A stretch of DNA of 64,000 nt, taken from NCBI RefSeq assembly GCF_055900595.2, contig NZ_CM148325.1; one strand, written 5' to 3'. Made by a program: the position numbers and the translations under genes. The notes beneath the pieces were generated by a model, which saw nothing but the letters and a program-made list of their open reading frames with translations, was not told where the DNA came from and made no database searches. Shown piece after piece: positions 13,316-22,402 of this stretch (its first letter is position 1; each line of letters starts with the position of its first letter).

Positions 13316-13681
13316 TTAATTTAATCGTATTGTGCTGGCATTCTCATCAGCCCCTTTTTGCCATACTTCATGCAGTTGGCTGGCATTTTCAACATTGTTG
13401 CAGCTGGCAGGAAAGCTTTTACCGGAAAGTCCTCGGGCATAAGTAAAATCGGTCTGGCAAGTTTTCTTTTGTCCTTCGGCATATCCTTTAAGGTATAGAC
13501 CGCGATCCGCCTGTGAATCGCTAAATGCATCGTCATCTTTTATGGCGTTGCCCGATATCGCATCTTCCATACCAACATCATACCAGTCGGTGCTGGTCAA
13601 GGTTGGCGCGTGAGTATAAGGATCAATCTGACATCCGCTAACCAGTAAAGCCAACAAGGGGGCGATAAACTTTTTCATCAT
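13316..13681 (-). CDS. yfiL: Lipoprotein YfiL
   Basis: MMKKFIAPLLALLVSGC lipobox; start taken at the MM pair (121 aa); ORF track extends to 13720. Confidence 0.8.
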   Translation of the reverse strand: MMKKFIAPLLALLVSGCQIDPYTHAPTLTSTDWYDVGMEDAISGNAIKDDDAFSDSQADRGLYLKGYAEGQKKTCQTDFTYARGLSGKSFPASCNNVENASQLHEVWQKGADENASTIRLN

Positions 13682-13726
13682 TTCTTTCTCCTTTTTCAAA
13701 GCATAGCGGATTGTTTTCAAAGGAGG

Positions 13727-13796
13727 TGTAAATTTATTTATACATAAACAAGGGTTAAAAGCGCGAATAAATTGCCTGTGTAAAGAAAAATGTACG
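13727..13796 (+). promoter_or_regulatory. TyrR boxes in the aroF promoter
   Basis: TGTAAATTTATTTATACA (13727-13744) and TGTAAAGAAAAATGTACG (13779-13796) fit TGTAAA-N6-TTTACA. Confidence 0.7.
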
Positions 13797-13890
13797 ATAT
13801 ATGGATTGAAAACTTTACTTTATGTGTTATCGTTACGTCATCCTCGCTGAGGATCAACTATCGCAAACGAGCATAAACAGGATCGCCATC

Positions 13891-14961
13891 ATGCAAAAAG
13901 ACGCGCTGAATAACGTACATATTACCGACGAACAAGTTTTAATGACTCCGGAACAACTGAAGGCCGCTTTTCCATTAAGCCTGCAACAGGAAGCCCAGAT
14001 TGCTGACTCGCGTAAAACCATTTCAGATATTATCGCCGGGCGGGATCCTCGTCTGTTGGTAGTATGTGGTCCTTGTTCCATTCATGATCCGGAAACTGCT
14101 CTGGAATATGCTCGTCGATTTAAAGCCCTTGCCGCAGAGGTCAGCGATAGCCTCTATCTGGTAATGCGCGTCTATTTTGAAAAACCCCGTACCACTGTCG
14201 GCTGGAAAGGGTTAATTAACGATCCCCATATGGATGGCTCTTTTGATGTAGAAGCCGGGCTGCAGATCGCGCGTAAATTGCTGCTTGAGCTGGTGAATAT
14301 GGGACTGCCACTGGCGACGGAAGCGTTAGATCCAAATAGCCCGCAATACCTGGGCGATCTGTTTAGCTGGTCAGCAATTGGTGCTCGTACAACGGAATCG
14401 CAAACACACCGTGAAATGGCCTCCGGGCTTTCCATGCCGGTTGGTTTTAAAAACGGCACCGACGGCAGCCTTGCAACGGCTATTAACGCTATGCGCGCCG
14501 CCGCCCAGCCGCACCGTTTTGTTGGCATTAACCAGGCAGGGCAGGTTGCGTTGCTACAAACTCAGGGGAATCCGGACGGGCATGTGATCCTGCGCGGTGG
14601 TAAAGCGCCAAACTATAGCCCTGCGGATGTTGCGCAATGTGAAAAAGAGATGGAACAGGCGGGACTGCGCCCGTCTCTGATGGTAGATTGCAGCCACGGT
14701 AATTCCAATAAAGATTATCGCCGTCAGCCTGCGGTGGCAGAATCCGTGGTTGCTCAAATCAAAGATGGCAATCGCTCAATTATTGGTCTGATGATCGAAA
14801 GTAATATCCACGAGGGCAATCAGTCTTCCGAGCAACCGCGCAGTGAAATGAAATACGGTGTATCCGTAACCGATGCCTGCATTAGTTGGGAAATGACCGA
14901 TGCCTTGCTGCGTGAAATTCATCAGGATCTGAACGGGCAGCTGACGGCTCGCGTGGCTTAA
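13891..14961 (+). CDS. aroF: DAHP synthase, Tyr-sensitive (AroF)
   Basis: [30 protein letters not shown]... 356 aa. Confidence 0.95.
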   Translation: MQKDALNNVHITDEQVLMTPEQLKAAFPLSLQQEAQIADSRKTISDIIAGRDPRLLVVCGPCSIHDPETALEYARRFKALAAEVSDSLYLVMRVYFEKPRTTVGWKGLINDPHMDGSFDVEAGLQIARKLLLELVNMGLPLATEALDPNSPQYLGDLFSWSAIGARTTESQTHREMASGLSMPVGFKNGTDGSLATAINAMRAAAQPHRFVGINQAGQVALLQTQGNPDGHVILRGGKAPNYSPADVAQCEKEMEQAGLRPSLMVDCSHGNSNKDYRRQPAVAESVVAQIKDGNRSIIGLMIESNIHEGNQSSEQPRSEMKYGVSVTDACISWEMTDALLREIHQDLNGQLTARVA

Positions 14962-14971
14962 GAGGTTTATT

Positions 14972-16093
14972 ATGGTTGCTGAATTGACCGCATTACGCGA
15001 TCAAATTGATGAAGTCGATAAAGCGCTACTGAATTTATTAGCGAAGCGTCTGGAACTGGTTGCTGAAGTTGGCGAGGTGAAAAGCCGCTTTGGACTGCCT
15101 ATTTATGTTCCGGAGCGCGAGGCATCTATGCTGGCCTCGCGGCGTGCAGAGGCGGAAGCTCTGGGTGTACCGCCAGATCTGATTGAGGATGTTTTGCGTC
15201 GGGTGATGCGTGAATCTTACTCCAGTGAAAACGACAAAGGATTTAAAACGCTTTGTCCGTCTCTGCGTCCGGTGGTTATCGTCGGTGGTGGCGGTCAGAT
15301 GGGACGTCTGTTCGAGAAGATGCTGACGCTCTCGGGTTATCAGGTGCGGATTCTGGAGCAACATGACTGGGATCGAGCGGCTGATATTGTTGCCGATGCC
15401 GGAATGGTGATTGTTAGTGTGCCCATTCACGTTACTGAACAAGTTATTGGCAAATTACCGCCTTTACCGAAAGATTGTATTCTGGTCGATCTGGCATCGG
15501 TGAAAAATGGACCATTACAGGCCATGCTGGCGGCGCATGATGGTCCGGTGCTGGGGTTACACCCGATGTTCGGCCCGGACAGCGGTAGCCTGGCAAAGCA
15601 AGTTGTGGTCTGGTGTGATGGACGTAAGCCGGAAGCATACCAATGGTTTCTGGAGCAAATTCAGGTCTGGGGCGCTCGGCTGCATCGTATTAGCGCTGTC
15701 GAGCACGATCAGAATATGGCGTTTATTCAGGCACTGCGCCACTTTGCTACTTTTGCTTATGGGCTGCACCTGGCAGAAGAAAATGTTCAGCTTGAGCAAC
15801 TTCTGGCGCTTTCTTCGCCGATTTACCGCCTTGAGCTGGCGATGGTTGGGCGACTGTTTGCCCAGGATCCGCAACTGTATGCCGACATTATTATGTCGTC
15901 AGAGCGTAATCTGGCGTTAATCAAACGTTACTATAAGCGTTTCGGCGAGGCGATTGAGTTGCTGGAGCAGGGCGATAAGCAGGCGTTTATTGACAGTTTC
16001 CGCAAGGTGGAGCACTGGTTCGGCGATTACGCACAGCGTTTTCAGAGTGAAAGCCGCGTGTTATTGCGTCAGGCGAATGACAGTCGCCAGTAA
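14972..16093 (+). CDS. tyrA: Bifunctional chorismate mutase / prephenate dehydrogenase (T-protein)
   Basis: 373 aa TyrA sequence, 10 nt after aroF stop. Confidence 0.95.
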   Translation: MVAELTALRDQIDEVDKALLNLLAKRLELVAEVGEVKSRFGLPIYVPEREASMLASRRAEAEALGVPPDLIEDVLRRVMRESYSSENDKGFKTLCPSLRPVVIVGGGGQMGRLFEKMLTLSGYQVRILEQHDWDRAADIVADAGMVIVSVPIHVTEQVIGKLPPLPKDCILVDLASVKNGPLQAMLAAHDGPVLGLHPMFGPDSGSLAKQVVVWCDGRKPEAYQWFLEQIQVWGARLHRISAVEHDQNMAFIQALRHFATFAYGLHLAEENVQLEQLLALSSPIYRLELAMVGRLFAQDPQLYADIIMSSERNLALIKRYYKRFGEAIELLEQGDKQAFIDSFRKVEHWFGDYAQRFQSESRVLLRQANDSRQ

Positions 16094-16100
16094 TAATCCA

Positions 16101-16133
16101 GTGCCGGGTGGCGTGTTTCACCCGGCACGATTT
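16101..16133. terminator. Bidirectional terminator between convergent tyrA and pheA
   Basis: gtgccgggtg ... cacccggcac hairpin with flanking T-runs. Confidence 0.75.
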
Positions 16134-16135
16134 CA

Positions 16136-17296
16136 TTATGCCGGATCGACTGGTACCACATTCTCGCTTGGGTAACAGCCCAGGACTTTCATCGAGCGAG
16201 TGATTTCACCTAGCTCTTTCAACGCCTGTTGCATTTCCGCTGATTCCAGATTGGCCTGAATATCCAGATAAAACATCTCTTCCCACGGGTTTCCGTGAAT
16301 CGGGCGTGATTCCAGACGGGTCATAATCAGACTGTGATTGCGCAGTACCAGCAACGCTTCAACCAGTGCACCAGCATGTTGTCCGGTCGCCATTAACAAC
16401 GTCGTTTTCGCCGGAACCTGGTCAGAAACGTTAATGGCTTTACGTGCCAACACCACAAATCGGGTGAAGTTTTGTCGCTGATTCGCTTCAATACGCTCCA
16501 GTACCTGCAAACCGTACAAAGTGCCGCCAGCTTCGCTTCCCAACGCAGCAACATGCGGTGATTTTGCCTGTGCAACCTTTTCCATTGCCGCAGACGTACT
16601 TTCGGTATATTCAATCTTCCAGTGCGGATAACGATTAAGGAATTTGCTGCATTGCTGGAATGGCTGCGGATGGCTGTAGACCGTATTGATGGCGGATAAA
16701 TCAGTAGTGCCGGAGACCAACAAACAATGATCGATAGTTAACGTCATCTCGCCAACAATCGACAAACTGGTATGTTGCAGCAGATCGTAAACGTCGTTTA
16801 TGGCACCGGAGCTGGTATTTTCAATCGGTACGACGGCATAGTCGGCCTGGCCGGTTTCCACCTGATTAAAAATATCGGCAAATTTGGCGCAGCCACTTTC
16901 AATGAATTGCTCAAAGTGACGCGCAGCGTACTGACGAGCGGCAAGATGTGAATAGGAGCCTTTGGGGCCGAGAAAAGCGATGCGTGCTGAGTGCGGATTA
17001 ATTTGATTGAGATGTTGCTGGAGCAGTGCCTGCTGAGTTAATACGGAATCTTCAATGATGAGCTGGAACAGGCGAGTAATGTAATGGGCGTCCAGATGGT
17101 GCGCTTTACCGAGCGTAATTAATCTTTCCAGCAAATCGCGTTCGCGATCAATATCACGTACCGGGCGATGAGAGAGCAGTTTGGCTTTTCCCACCTCGAC
17201 GGCCAGTTCGCGCCGCTCTGCCAGTAATGCTAATAATTTTTCATCCAGCGCGCTGATTTTCTCTCGCAGCGCCAGTAACGGGTTTTCCGATGTCAT
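16136..17296 (-). CDS. pheA: Bifunctional chorismate mutase / prephenate dehydratase (P-protein)
   Basis: [22 protein letters not shown]... 386 aa. Confidence 0.95.
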   Translation of the reverse strand: MTSENPLLALREKISALDEKLLALLAERRELAVEVGKAKLLSHRPVRDIDRERDLLERLITLGKAHHLDAHYITRLFQLIIEDSVLTQQALLQQHLNQINPHSARIAFLGPKGSYSHLAARQYAARHFEQFIESGCAKFADIFNQVETGQADYAVVPIENTSSGAINDVYDLLQHTSLSIVGEMTLTIDHCLLVSGTTDLSAINTVYSHPQPFQQCSKFLNRYPHWKIEYTESTSAAMEKVAQAKSPHVAALGSEAGGTLYGLQVLERIEANQRQNFTRFVVLARKAINVSDQVPAKTTLLMATGQHAGALVEALLVLRNHSLIMTRLESRPIHGNPWEEMFYLDIQANLESAEMQQALKELGEITRSMKVLGCYPSENVVPVDPA

Positions 17297-17318
17297 AGTG
17301 TTGCCTTTTTGTTATCAA

Positions 17319-17349
17319 TAAAAAAGGCCCCCCGGTTTGGGAGGCCTTA
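17319..17349 (-). terminator. pheA attenuator terminator
   Basis: Minus-strand RNA AAGGCCTCCCAAACCGGGGGGCCTTTTTT between pheL and pheA. Confidence 0.8.
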
Positions 17350-17394
17350 TTGTTCGTCTTCGCATTCTGTTTCACACGACGAAACGCCTCCCAT

Positions 17395-17442
17395 TCAGGG
17401 GAAGGTAAAAAAGAATGCGAAGAAAAACGGTGTGTGTTTCAT
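17395..17442 (-). CDS. pheL: pheA leader peptide PheL (15 aa, Phe-rich)
   Basis: Minus-strand ATG at 17442 encodes [15 protein letters not shown]; not in ORF track because it is under 60 aa. Confidence 0.85.
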   Translation of the reverse strand: [15 protein letters not shown]

Positions 17443-17497
17443 GTTTGTTTCCTTAAGTGACTTCAGTACAGTACCCGTACTGTTTTCACGCTGTCAA

Positions 17498-17522
17498 CAA
17501 AAAACGCGCCCGAAGGCGCGTT
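17498..17522 (-). terminator. Rho-independent terminator downstream of raiA
   Basis: cgcgcccgaaggcgcg hairpin with U-run on the minus-strand transcript. Confidence 0.7.
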
Positions 17523-17545
17523 GGCGATACACTCAATATAAAGGA

Positions 17546-17941
<396 letters not shown>

Positions 17942-18120
17942 TCAAAATGTGTGATGGAAATCTCATAATTTTGTCACTTTTTGTCAACGAATCTTTTTTG
18001 TGAGAAATCGCAGGAAGAGGTGTTTTTTTACTTGAGGAATATCTCAAAGCGAGCCATATTTGATGAGATCGATAGTGACTAAATCGCTTCAGTTTCACAA
18101 CTAACAGAATAAAAAAACGG

Positions 18121-18133
18121 CAGCTCAAGGCTG
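18121..18133. repeat. Left copy of the direct repeat flanking the IS4 element (putative target-site duplication)
   Basis: cagctcaaggctg here versus cagctcaagggctg at 19655-19668 (one G difference). Confidence 0.6.
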
Positions 18134-18146
18134 TAATGCCAGTCAG

Positions 18147-18858
18147 TTAAGCAACTGACTGGCTCTTTTTCGGGGCTGTGGGGTATTTCCAGGGCCTCTC
18201 CTTTACCACTCTCGGGAAGGCCCTTTCCCTTCTTGTCGGTAATTTCACTGGTTGTCCCATACTTGCAAGATCGCGCATCAGCTCCGGTATACGTCCCGGT
18301 GAAGCGCATGGCGTCCGTCATCGACGTCAGCAGATGGCTGGTCAGTTCCATCTGGCAGACCATTTTGACCTGCGGGTAGAGCGCCGGGTTCTCGGCATGT
18401 GTCTGGCGGGGGAAGGCTGCATCGTTCTCTGGTGTATCCGGTGTGCGCCAGAACACACCATCGATGGCCAGCAGGGTCAGGCCGCACCAGTGCGGATGCA
18501 GCGTGGCGTTATGCCAGAGCTGCGCTGTTTTCGTGAACACGCGTCGGACAGCCTCACTTCCCAGGCGCTGGCGGGCCTGAATAACGGCACTGGGGGCAAC
18601 GAAGGGGCGATTGCCTGGCAGCATGATGTCCAGGCGATTCACAATCTGGTGAAGAGGTTCTTTACGCTCAAGCGCCATGCCAACAATACACCAGACCATC
18701 ATTTCGAGGGGAAGACGGCGCTTGCGTAGCGTTACAGTACCTGATTCGGCAAGGCAACGAGAGATGAGTTCGGGGTCGAGGTAATCCCCCAGAAAAGTCA
18801 GTGGGTTACGCAGAGAATCGTAACGGGATACCAAATCAAGGGCCTGTCCAATGAGCAT
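18147..18858 (-). pseudogene. IS4 transposase (InsG-like) pseudogene: N-terminal ~175 aa intact, then internal deletions and frameshift
   Basis: MLIGQALDLVSRYDSLRNPL...HLLT then jumps to SMTDAMRF and loses frame; 259-aa ORF versus 442 aa for intact IS4 transposase (length recalled from memory). Confidence 0.75.
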
Positions 18859-18894
18859 AAATAAATATCCTCCGGCATAGCCGGAGGTTTTTCA

Positions 18895-19607
18895 AATGCG
18901 CCTGTAAGGCTCTGTTACCAGCCGCGCCCTAACAGGCGCATACGATCTGACATTTGCATTCAACTTCGTTACTTACGGCCCGTAAACGGGCTGCCCGGAT
19001 ATGGAATCGATAACTGCTCCCCCATTTTATCCTCTTCAAGCTGGTGCTTTATGTAGTCCTGTATCTTCGCCGTGTTCTTACCCACCGTATCGACATAGTA
19101 CCCTCGGCACCAGAACTCCCTGTTTCTGTATTTGAATTTCAAATCCCCAAACTGCTCGTAAAGCATCAGACTGCTTTTCCCTTTCAGATATCCCATAAAG
19201 CCGGATACGCTCATTTTGGGTGGGATTTCCACAAGCATATGGATATGATCTGCGCAGCACTCTGCTTCCAGAATCCGTACGCTTTTCCACTCACACAGCT
19301 TTCTCAAAATACTGCCTATCGCCCTACGCTTCTCTCCGTAAAACGCCAGTCTTCGGTATTTCGGCGCAAAAACTATGTGATATTTACAGTTCCAGCGGGT
19401 GTGCGCTAAGCTCTTTTCGTCCCCCATTGGGACCCCCTTTTGATTTCTTGTTTGACACTTGCAGTTGCCAGACCGCAAGGTGTTTTAACAAATCAAAAGG
19501 GGTTTTAATAACTGGCTCAAAGCTGAAAGCTTTCCGGAACCCCCAGCCTAGCTGGGGGTTTTCTGTGCACAAAAAAATCCGGAAACGAGTGAGCGTTTCC
19601 GGATTCT
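18895..19607 (-). mobile_element. IS200-like element (IS200/IS605 family), approx. 0.71 kb, boundaries +/- ~20 bp
   Basis: Contains Y1/HUH transposase tnpA, a terminator-like perfect palindrome near the left end (19577-19603), a 5'-UTR palindrome (19540-19558) and a 10-bp inverted repeat after the stop (18896-18905 / 18932-18941); extent inferred from expected IS4 leader length. Confidence 0.7.
18969..19427 (-). CDS. tnpA: IS200 transposase TnpA (Y1 HUH single-strand transposase)
   Basis: MGDEKSLAHTRWNCKYHIVFAPKYRR...HIHMLVEIPPK... 152 aa; the HxH (HIHML) motif is directly visible; ORF-track start at 19478 is an upstream extension. Confidence 0.9.
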   Translation of the reverse strand: MGDEKSLAHTRWNCKYHIVFAPKYRRLAFYGEKRRAIGSILRKLCEWKSVRILEAECCADHIHMLVEIPPKMSVSGFMGYLKGKSSLMLYEQFGDLKFKYRNREFWCRGYYVDTVGKNTAKIQDYIKHQLEEDKMGEQLSIPYPGSPFTGRK

Positions 19608-19654
19608 TACACAGCCACTGAATCGGTCAACTGATCCTTAACTGATCGGCATTA

Positions 19655-19668
19655 CAGCTCAAGGGCTG
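19655..19668. repeat. Right copy of the direct repeat flanking the IS4 element
   Basis: cagctcaagggctg; with the left copy reconstructs an uninterrupted aaaaaaacggcagctcaagggctgccgttttttt terminator hairpin. Confidence 0.6.
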
Positions 19669-19692
19669 CCGTTTTTTTATTTCAATCTTCTG

Positions 19693-20430
19693 TTATGTAT
19701 TGCTGCTGTTAGCAGCGATAATCTTCGCTACCTTTTCAGCTTGCGCATTCATCTGCATCTGACGGTATGCATTTTCCATCAGCGGCAGCGCATCACGCGT
19801 AGCCTGGGTATCCGGATAGTCGCGCAACATGCCTTCTACGCGGTTAACGACAGCAACCCATGCACCACGTTCTGTATAATACTCGGCAACGGAGTATTCA
19901 TATTTCGCCAGACGATCTTTCAGGAATACCAGACGTTTGGTGGCATCGGTGGTGTACTGACTGTTCGGATAGCCGCGCACCAGTTTGGAAAAGTCACTAA
20001 ACGCAGCTCGTGCATGTTGAGGATCGCGATCGCTACGGTCAACGCCAAAGAACCCTTGCAGCGCACTGTCATCCAGCGCCATATTGGTCAGGCCACGCAT
20101 GTACATGACATAATCGATATTCGGATGGGTCGGGTTAAGGCGAATAAAACGATCGATGGCAGCCTGTGCTAACGGCAAATCGGCGTTTTTATAGTAGGCG
20201 TAGATGAGATCCAGCTGCACCTGCTGCGAATACGGACCAAACGGATAGCGATTATCTAACGCTTCCAGTTGCGTTATTGCCTGTCTCCAGTTACCGTCCT
20301 GCAGCTTTTGTTGTGCAGTCGCGTAAATTTCATTTGGCGGATTATCAGGTACTTCTTCCTTTGACCCCGAGCAACCCGCCAAAAACAGGCTTAGTGTGGC
20401 GGCTGCCACCAGATATTTCATGCGCGTCAT
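19693..20430 (-). CDS. bamD: Outer membrane protein assembly factor BamD (YfiO) lipoprotein
   Basis: [22 protein letters not shown]... 245 aa, TPR-like. Confidence 0.95.
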
Positions 20431-20564
20431 GACGTTTTGACTTTCCTCAAAATGTAATACGGGAGATTCTCTGTTCCTGCTCCCGGTTAAGACCAGCTAC
20501 AATAGCACACTATATTAAACGGCAAAGCCGTAAAACCCCAACGATAAACGAAGAAGCAGTATAT

Positions 20565-21545
20565 ATGGCACAACGAGTACAGCTCACTGCAACGGTGTCC
20601 GAAAACCAACTCGGTCAACGCTTAGATCAGGCTTTGGCCGAAATGTTCCCGGATTATTCACGTTCGCGAATAAAAGAATGGATCCTCGACCAGCGCGTGC
20701 TGGTTAACGGCAAAGTTTGTGATAAGCCGAAAGAAAAAGTATTGGGTGGCGAGCAGGTGGCCATCAACGCTGAGATTGAAGAAGAAGCGCGTTTTGAACC
20801 GCAGGATATCCCGCTGGATATCGTCTATGAAGATGAAGATATCATCGTCATTAATAAACCACGCGACCTGGTGGTACATCCTGGCGCGGGTAACCCGGAT
20901 GGCACGGTACTGAATGCGTTGCTTCATTATTATCCGCCCATTGCCGATGTACCGCGTGCGGGCATCGTCCATCGTCTGGATAAAGACACCACCGGCCTGA
21001 TGGTTGTGGCAAAAACCGTTCCGGCTCAGACGCGTTTAGTCGAATCTTTGCAACGGCGTGAAATTACTCGTGAGTATGAAGCGGTGGCAATTGGTCATAT
21101 GACCGCTGGCGGTACAGTAGATGAACCAATCAGCCGCCACCCGACCAAACGTACTCACATGGCGGTGCATCCGATGGGTAAACCGGCGGTCACTCACTAT
21201 CGCATCATGGAACACTTCCGTGTGCACACGCGTCTGCGGTTGCGTCTGGAAACCGGACGTACGCACCAGATCCGCGTGCATATGGCCCATATCACTCATC
21301 CGCTGGTGGGCGATCCGGTTTATGGCGGCCGTCCGCGTCCGCCAAAAGGTGCTTCGGAAGCGTTTATCTCCACGCTGCGTAAGTTTGACCGCCAGGCGCT
21401 TCATGCAACCATGCTGCGTCTTTATCACCCGATCTCCGGCATCGAAATGGAATGGCATGCGCCTATTCCACAAGATATGGTGGAGCTGATTGAGGTGATG
21501 CGCGCCGATTTCGAAGAGCATAAGGATGAAGTGGACTGGTTATGA
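20565..21545 (+). CDS. rluD: 23S rRNA pseudouridine synthase RluD
   Basis: 326 aa, S4 domain plus HRLDKDTTG catalytic motif. Confidence 0.95.
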   Translation: MAQRVQLTATVSENQLGQRLDQALAEMFPDYSRSRIKEWILDQRVLVNGKVCDKPKEKVLGGEQVAINAEIEEEARFEPQDIPLDIVYEDEDIIVINKPRDLVVHPGAGNPDGTVLNALLHYYPPIADVPRAGIVHRLDKDTTGLMVVAKTVPAQTRLVESLQRREITREYEAVAIGHMTAGGTVDEPISRHPTKRTHMAVHPMGKPAVTHYRIMEHFRVHTRLRLRLETGRTHQIRVHMAHITHPLVGDPVYGGRPRPPKGASEAFISTLRKFDRQALHATMLRLYHPISGIEMEWHAPIPQDMVELIEVMRADFEEHKDEVDWL

Positions 21546-22273
21546 GTAAGCTGATTGTCCCGCAGTGGCCGCTGCCAAAAGGTGTTGCGGCCTGTAGCTC
21601 TACCCGTATCGGCGGCGTGAGCTTGCCGCCGTATGACTCGCTCAACCTCGGTGCCCATTGTGGCGATAACCCGGATCACGTCGAGGAAAATCGTAAGCGA
21701 CTTTTTGCTGCGGGCAATTTGCCTTCAAAACCGGTCTGGCTTGAGCAGGTACACGGCAAAGATGTGCTTAATCTTACTGGCGAACCTTATGCCTCAAAAC
21801 GAGCGGATGCCTCTTATAGCAATACGCCCGGCACGGTTTGCGCCGTGATGACGGCTGACTGCCTCCCTGTGCTGTTTTGCAATCGAGCGGGAACGGAAGT
21901 CGCCGCCGCTCATGCTGGCTGGCGTGGACTGTGCGCAGGCGTGCTGGAAGAGACGGTTTCCTGTTTTGCTGATAATCCCGAAAACATTCTCGCCTGGTTA
22001 GGGCCGGCAATTGGTCCACGCGCGTTTGAAGTGGGAGCGGAGGTTCGCGAGGCGTTTATGGCAGTAGACGCCAAAGCGAGTGCAGCTTTCATTCAGCATG
22101 GAGATAAATATCTGGCGGATATTTATCAGCTTGCCCGGCAGCGTCTGGCGAACGTTGGTGTTGAGCAAATTTTCGGCGGCGACCGTTGTACATATACGGA
22201 AAATGAGACATTCTTCTCTTATCGTCGCGACAAGACCACCGGTCGTATGGCAAGTTTCATTTGGCTGATATAA
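21542..22273 (+). CDS. yfiH: YfiH/PgeF (DUF152, purine nucleoside phosphorylase / peptidoglycan editing factor family)
   Basis: 243 aa; overlaps rluD stop by 4 nt. Confidence 0.9.
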   Translation: MSKLIVPQWPLPKGVAACSSTRIGGVSLPPYDSLNLGAHCGDNPDHVEENRKRLFAAGNLPSKPVWLEQVHGKDVLNLTGEPYASKRADASYSNTPGTVCAVMTADCLPVLFCNRAGTEVAAAHAGWRGLCAGVLEETVSCFADNPENILAWLGPAIGPRAFEVGAEVREAFMAVDAKASAAFIQHGDKYLADIYQLARQRLANVGVEQIFGGDRCTYTENETFFSYRRDKTTGRMASFIWLI

Positions 22274-22334
22274 CCTAAAGAATCAAGACGATCCGGTACG
22301 CGTGATTTTCTTTTCACATTAATCTGGTCAATAA

Positions 22335-22364
22335 CCTTGAATAATTGAGGGATGACCTCATTTA
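22335..22364 (+). promoter_or_regulatory. Sigma-32 promoter of clpB
   Basis: ccttgaa (-35, 22335-22341) and cctcattta (-10, 22356-22364). Confidence 0.75.
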
Positions 22365-22402
22365 ATCTCCAGTAGCAACTTTGATCCGTTATGGGAGGAG
22401 TT

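Larger units (their letters stand above)
18134..19654 (-). mobile_element. Degenerate IS4 element (internally deleted) carrying a nested IS200-like insertion
   Basis: Imperfect terminal inverted repeats taatgccagtcagttaag (18134-) and revcomp taatgccgatcagttaag (-19654), 16/18 identical; IS4 transposase N-terminus between them; flanking direct repeats. Confidence 0.8.

Noticed and set aside
18178-18729. 183-aa plus-strand ORF inside the IS4 remnant
   Set aside because: Opposite strand of the recognisable IS4 transposase fragment; no independent support.
19044-19621. Plus-strand ORFs (121 and 133 aa) across the IS200 tnpA region
   Set aside because: Antisense to the well-conserved IS200 TnpA; IS200 elements encode a single transposase.
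20431-20564. Possible sigma-E promoter for bamD in the bamD-rluD divergent region
   Set aside because: A GGAAC motif is present on the minus strand but I could not find a convincing TCnAA -10 at the right spacing, so not reported as a feature.
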